From assembly GCA_051294375.1 (NCBI GenBank), contig CM119265.1:14190124-14254123 (forward strand): 64,000 nt of DNA, written 5' to 3'. The translations under genes were made by a program, and so were the position numbers. The notes below the pieces were generated by a model. The model had not been told where the DNA came from, did not search any database, and worked only from the letters and a program-made list of their open reading frames with translations. This document shows positions 46,001 through 64,000 of the stretch, piece after piece. The number at the start of each line of letters is the position of its first letter. The first letter of the stretch is position 1. The stretch comes from Paraspadella gotoi. Its lineage: Eukaryota; Animalia; Chaetognatha.

Positions 46001-49000
46001 ACGTCGTTGGTTCGATTCGGGAGATCGCGGAAGAATTCCGCGTAAATACGGGACGCTTGGAAAGCGGATTCGAAGCGTGTCGTAAAGCGGGGATTCTTTT
46101 CAAAGACGTCGAAGAGATGAAAAAGACCGACCGTATTTGCATGGCAATATTGCATCATTTCGTAGGTGACGGGGCGACGATGCCAAAAATCCTTCTGGCT
46201 CTGAACTTCGTTTTCTCCCTTCTGCCTCTGAATCATGAAGGAATAGTCGACGCTATACATTCTGAAGCATTTGCTCAATCCCATCAAGTTGTCGACTAAG
46301 GAGCGAGTCGTTGATCTACGTTCCTGAAAAAAAATTTTTTTACTTCGACTACATTTATAATTTTATAACAAATGCTACAATTAAAGACTTTCCTTCATAT
46401 ATCCAATTATATTTCTCAGCGGAACAAAATCAACTAATGTTCTTCGCAAAATAATTTCCAAGAGCTCCAGATCCAGAACGCCATCTAAAAGAACATTGTG
46501 TTGACGGAACAAGGCGTTGGAGTCTAAGCGACAGTCGAACATTAACTTGACAAGGGTTTTATCTTTTATCCTTCTCAGCCTGTCGTCCATAGAACGAGTA
46601 CCCAATTGAATCAAATCGAAAATGAAGACTTTGTCCGGAATTGCGATGGAGAGGAGCGTCACTTCCCATCTACGATGACGTCGGACTCCTTGACAGGCAA
46701 CGGCGAGGACCGGGGATTCCACGGGCGCTGCTTTAGCCTTTTTACGAGGTAGTTGAGACGAGGACGCTTTTGATTCCGCATTGTCTTCCTCCTCTCGTTT
46801 CCTTTTGGTCGTCGTCGATTTCAAGAGGAATTGCGACGAAGTTGGGTCGCTCTTTGTCGTGGCCGCTCTTGAAGATTGAGATTCTTCGATAATCTTTGGT
46901 GGCGATTTCGACGCTCTCCTCAAGATCGCTTCTAACGTTTGGACGGCCCGTTCGAATTTTGATGAGGAAGAAACCACTTCCATGGCGGATGTGGACATCT
47001 TCGCGGATGAATCCACGTTGATATCATCGTATCATTTGAATCCCGAAAAATCCGAAAAACATTTTGTTGTCGTCGATGCCGATTGTCGATTTCTCAGAAT
47101 TGCGAACACAAATTTCCCAGAATTCACAGACATTACAGAATTTCTCGGAAATAGCACGTTTTAATTATTTTGTTTTTCACCTTATTAGTATCACTCCAGT
47201 ACGAACAAAGGAACATTTTTCGGGAATAAGCAAGGCCAAGGGAATATAATTTTTGTAAACCCTCCAAAAAGTATTCACAATGATTTTACATTTAATTAAT
47301 TAATATGAAACAATGAGAAAGATAAGTTTTATTCCCTTTTCGAGTTATACCGTAATACCGTAGTGCTCTGTTACCAGGTGAAGCAGCGGGATGTACCCGG
47401 CATCGATGTGGCCTACCTCGCCATGGACACCGAAGAGGGCGTCGAGGTTGTTTGGAACGAGACCCAGTTCTCCGACAGGCGGAGGAACTTCAAGGAGCAA
47501 GAGAAGAAGATCCGGAAGATCTTCGACAACCTCATCCGACTCGAGCATCCCAACATCGTCAAGTTCCACAAATACTGGACAGACACAGAATCAGAGGAGA
47601 AGCCAAGAGTGGTGAGAAAAATTTTTTTTATTGAATATATATATATATATATATATTTACTTTCGCCGACTGGGTTTGGGAGGGGTAAGGGTTAACAATG
47701 ATTTAAGGGTGGTTACCACTGGTTCGGGCCAGGGTTAGGGTAATTGGGTAATATTTTTAAATAATTTTTTAAAAGCCGCCATAACCGCGGTCGGCGAAAG
47801 TAAAATTTAGCCATATATTGTATATATTAATTTTTTAAGATTAAGCGATTGATTGATCGACCAGTGAATTTAACCTCACATTCCACACTGTTTTATCCAG
47901 GTGTTCATAACCGAGTACATGTCGTCAGGTTCGCTGCGATCGTTCTTGAGGAAAACCAAAATGAACAACAAAAGTCTCTCGGAAAAAACGTGGAAACTAT
48001 GGTGCACTCAGATTTTGTCAGCGTTGAGGTAATCAGAGGATTTTTTTTAAAAAATACTGTAATAAAGCTTATTTTTATTTCGAGATAACCTGCAATTATG
48101 TACCTAATTTAAAAAGTAATCAGTATAATCCTTACATTGTGTTTTTAGTCTTTCTTTTTCGTTGCGTTAGAATATTTAGTGAAAAGTTTAAATTGGATTT
48201 CACAACGATTTTATTTGTATTAATGAACAGGCATGTTTACGAGTCTTCATCAGCGTTAACGTAAATCTCAGAGTCGAAACATGTCCGTTCATTAATACAA
48301 ATAAAATCGTTGTGAAATCCAATTTAAACTTTTCACTAAAATCCTTACATTATAAAATTGTAATTTTTACAGCTATCTCCACGCTTGCGATCCGCCAATC
48401 ATCCACGGCAATCTCGCCTGCGACACGATCTTCATCCAACACAATGGACTGGTTAAGATCGGCAGCGTCGCTCCCGAGGCGATCCACCACCACGTCAAAA
48501 CTTGCAGAGAGGAAAAAAAGAACATGCATTACATCGCCCCGGAGTACGCAGGTTGAAAAATCTTCGTAGGCATCCTCGTCTACTTTTTAGATGTAATTTT
48601 TCCAGATGTTCTGAACTCATAAATTTATGAACTTTTCACGAAGAATAAATTTGTTGCCCGAGCACCTCTTAAAATCTGTTTGCCGGCAGGTATGGAGGAG
48701 CCTTCCCCCGCGGCTGACATCTACTCCTTCGGCGTCTGTGCCCTCGTTATGGCAGCGTTGGAGTTGAGCGAATGCAACTTCGTCGCCGACGACGTCCTCG
48801 ACGCCGCCGTCGACAAGATCGACAACCCGTTGCAGAGAGACTTTATCAAGTGAGAAAGACAACGTTCGAATGAGATGGTGGGAAGGGAAGGTCTAATCAC
48901 GGTTTACAATCCTTAAATGCTATAATTTCACTATTTCATTTTGGATCGAATTGTTACGCTTTCCCTTCGTAGGCGCTGCCTCTCCCAGGATCCGCGATCG

Positions 49001-50120
49001 CGTCCCTCGGCCAGAGATCTGCTTTTTCAACCGATGCTCTTTGAGGTTCATTCGCTTAAACTACTCGCCGCCCACGCGATCAACGCCATCTGTCAAGAAA
49101 GTGAGTAATGAAAAAGGGAGGAAATGAATGAAAAAAAGATAAAAGCTGAGATAAAATAAGGGGGAAAAAAACAACTTCATGTATTCCTTCCATACTCCAA
49201 TTACTCCATATTTAGTGACGGACGTGGCCACTCACGCCGCCGCGACGTACAAGCGCCACCTGGACGCGACGCATACGAGCGGAATCTTGGCGGAATTAGT
49301 CGCTAGTGTGAGGGAAAAAAATCGAAAATGACATTGGGTATTTTAAACGTCCTAAAAAATTATTCCAGGGAGAGCGGCACACGATGCACTTTAAAGACGC
49401 ACCGGGCATGGACGTGGAACGTCTACTGGAGGACGTAAGAAATGGCGTTTTTCCACTCACTGGTAAATTCGTATTAATTAGGAAACAGTAATTACATTAA
49501 ATGTATTTCTCTCATGTTCCTCCGCTTTCGCAGCTTTTTATGGCACGAAATTCCGCGCGAATTCTGGATTAGCTCACGGCTTAGACTCCGTCGGCCAATC
49601 AGGAGACGAGGACATGGCCTTATCTGGCGGCGAAGGGTCAAAGCGGAAGGGGCAAGAAGAATCACAGGAGCAACAAAAGTTTGAACCCGAAACGAGGACA
49701 ATAAAACAAATGTCCTGCTCGATCAAACAGGAAAAAAGGTTATATTTGACGTTGTGTATGTATAAACATTTATATACTCGAGTTAATTTTGTCTGTTTTC
49801 TCTAGTCGCAATTGGATGAATTATCTCAAATGCTGTCGATACTCTCGCACACGTCTAAAACTGAATAGCTCTACTAATTTCAATACAGGGGTTCCGACGT
49901 CTGGACTCTCACCCTTCTCCTCCGACTCTCGGACCACATGAACCGACAGCTATCCTGCGATTTTAGCGGGGAGAGCGATTCCGCGGCGCAGTTGACGAAT
50001 GAGTTAGTCGAGCTGGCCTTCATCGCCGAGGAGGATCGGGAGAAGATCTCTTCCTTCGTGGAACAAAACCTCATAATGCGCTTCCCCAATCGGTCGTCCA
50101 ATTCTTCTTTGACAGAGTAA
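40091..50120 (+). CDS. NRBP1: Nuclear receptor-binding protein (NRBP/Madm) pseudokinase
   Basis: Exons about 40091-40210, 47378-47611, 47901-48028, 48372-48551, 48690-48849, 48972-49100, 49216-49307, 49369-49462, 49534-49738, 49889-50120. Motifs DESEILEESPCGRWQKRREEV, YLAMDTEEGVEVVWNE, LEHPNIVKFHKYW, FITEYMSSGSL, PPIIHGNLACDTIFIQHNGLVKIGSVAP, LFEVHSLKLLAAH, MNRQLSCD...ELVELAFI. Confidence 0.95.
41328..44887 (-). CDS. EXD1/Egalitarian-like DEDDy 3'-5' exonuclease, paralog A (catalytic residues intact), ~395 aa, C-terminal C4 motif
   Basis: Exons 44186-44887 and 41328-41813 (phase 0, GT-AG). ExoI AVDCEGVKLSREG, ExoII KLMFDCRNDSDA, VLDLQL, W..RPITEEMIKYCRSD (ExoIII YxxxD), then CEGC-x13-CYVC. 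Nested antisense in the NRBP intron. Confidence 0.88.
41820..43557. mobile_element. Non-autonomous hAT-like DNA transposon (1738 bp)
   Basis: 17-bp TIRs taaggggtgaacttagg / cctaagttcacccctta with a perfect 8-bp direct repeat tcctgaat at 41812-41819 and 43558-43565. An 8-bp TSD and a TAAGG terminus fit the hAT superfamily. Confidence 0.85.
43078..43123 (+). ncRNA. Minimal type I hammerhead ribozyme motif of Penelope-like element type
   Basis: gacg-CTGATGA-a-GGCTC-aaattgt-GAGCC-GAAA-CATG-TT-tgtc: conserved core, 5-bp stem II, palindromic 1-bp stem III, stem I gacg/tgtc, followed by aataaaaattgttg. An inverted degenerate copy lies at 42877-42937. Confidence 0.7.
43765..43847. repeat. Perfect palindrome, 41-bp arms with 1-nt spacer
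   Basis: ttaggaattgtttattgtttgccaatacaacgatttttatt-a-aataaaaatcgttgtattggcaaacaataaacaattcctaa. Confidence 0.95.
43927..43936. other. Assembly gap with duplicated flanks
   Basis: 10 N. The sequence at about 43657-43765 recurs at about 43937-44045 and is followed by ~40-bp AT-rich tandem units. Confidence 0.95.
45823..46998 (-). CDS. EXD1/Egalitarian-like exonuclease paralog B, predicted catalytically dead (~368 aa); possibly a young pseudogene
   Basis: Exons 46393-46998 and 45823-46323 are colinear with paralog A. ExoI reads AVACQGV (D>A, E>Q), ExoIII reads YCHAN (D>N); the C4 motif CDGC-x13-CLVC is kept. The homologous intron starts GAAAGT rather than GTAAGT. Confidence 0.75.
47655..47806. 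mobile_element. Small inverted-repeat element with TTAGGG-like interior
   Basis: tttactttcgccgac ... gtcggcgaaagtaaa (15-bp inverted repeat) around gggtttggg/ggtaagggtt/agggttaggg; preceded by a (TA)n run. Confidence 0.65.
48175..48340. mobile_element. Palindromic insertion (54-bp perfect arms) enclosing hammerhead ribozyme remnants
   Basis: Arms 48175-48228 and 48287-48340 are exact reverse complements. The interior has cgctgatgaagactcg on - and gagtcgaaacatgtccg on +. Confidence 0.8.
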
Positions 50121-51064
50121 AGTCAGTGGACAAAGGACCTCGACATTCGACACTCATTCAGCGGGCAAAATTTTAAATATTTTTGTTCGCACGGAAACTG
50201 ACGCGGTGAAAGCAACAACGAAAAGAAGATAAATCTTACCACAAAACTAAAGATGAGAAAAATATCGATATTATACACGAATTAAAATACGAACTGATGA
50301 CAAAAATAACGCTGACGGTAAAGATAAACATTTTATGATTGACCAATTTTAATCACGCAATGAAATTATTTCACATTCCCTGTTCCAAGGATACTCAAAA
50401 AGTACACGCACCTAATTCTGAATTTTTTACCTGGCGTACGCAATCAATTTTACACAACCCATTGAATGGTTGTATTTCAATTACCTGTGCTATTGCTAGT
50501 CACTTGTGTGGAAAATATACGAAACCGATTACCGTTAACGGCTAAGCATTTATCTTTGTACTTCATCTTTTAGCAAGGTATTAAAATAGTAACTAGTTGA
50601 GACAAATCAATACAATTATATTTCATGACAAAGAAAAGTCGCATAAAGATGTCACCATAAAAACTAAAGTAACGAATCGTATACTTACAAAACTACATCT
50701 GGCATTTATTATAAAAAAATCGCGAAAACTAATTCGGGAAGGTTTTCGTTCAAAAAGAAAAATAAAAAAAATAAATATTAACTATTGGTAGAAGGAGCAT
50801 CTTCGTTTGAGGGCCAATGATTGTAGACAGAGAAAAATGAAAAAAAAAGGCTGATTTACGAATTTATTTTCAAAAAAAAGTCTGGAATAGAAAAAAAAGG
50901 GTAAATTTTGAACTAACAAAAAATAACAGCTCATCCTCGTCAGACGACTTACCTTATTATACTAATCTAGTAAAACGGACTACTACGATTTAGTTTGCAG
51001 TTAAAAAAAAAAAACAACAATGGGGGAAAATAAAAACAAGTTGTTATTCTACGTGGGACATCGG

Positions 51065-64000
<12,936 letters not shown>

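Overview
Eukaryotic genomic DNA from a gene-dense invertebrate animal (species not determinable). Exons are GC/CpG-rich, introns are AT-rich, many introns are 45-70 bp, and (GA)n microsatellites are abundant. Genes rebuilt by hand from splice sites and reading-frame phase: (1) a 13-exon secreted protein of about 823 aa (486-7296, -) with signal peptide, RKKR site and seven exon-encoded copies of a 74-88 aa Trp/Cys domain I do not recognise; (2) LHFPL2-like tetraspan (+); (3) usherin/USH2A (-), whose last 12.9 kb of CDS is one exon; (4) NRBP pseudokinase (+), whose 7.2 kb intron holds two antisense EXD1/Egalitarian-like DEDDy exonuclease paralogs, one catalytically intact and one dead; (5) RABGAP1 (-, 5' end outside the window), whose introns hold an M14 carboxypeptidase, an AA15 LPMO and an unresolved coding region. 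Repeats include a hAT-like element whose 8-bp target duplication copies a splice acceptor, palindromic insertions with Penelope-type hammerhead ribozyme remnants, and HINE/MITE-like elements. Best novelty candidates are the repeat protein, the active/dead exonuclease pair, the giant usherin exon with its compositional gradient, and the hammerhead palindromes. All identifications rest on motif recognition; no database search was run.
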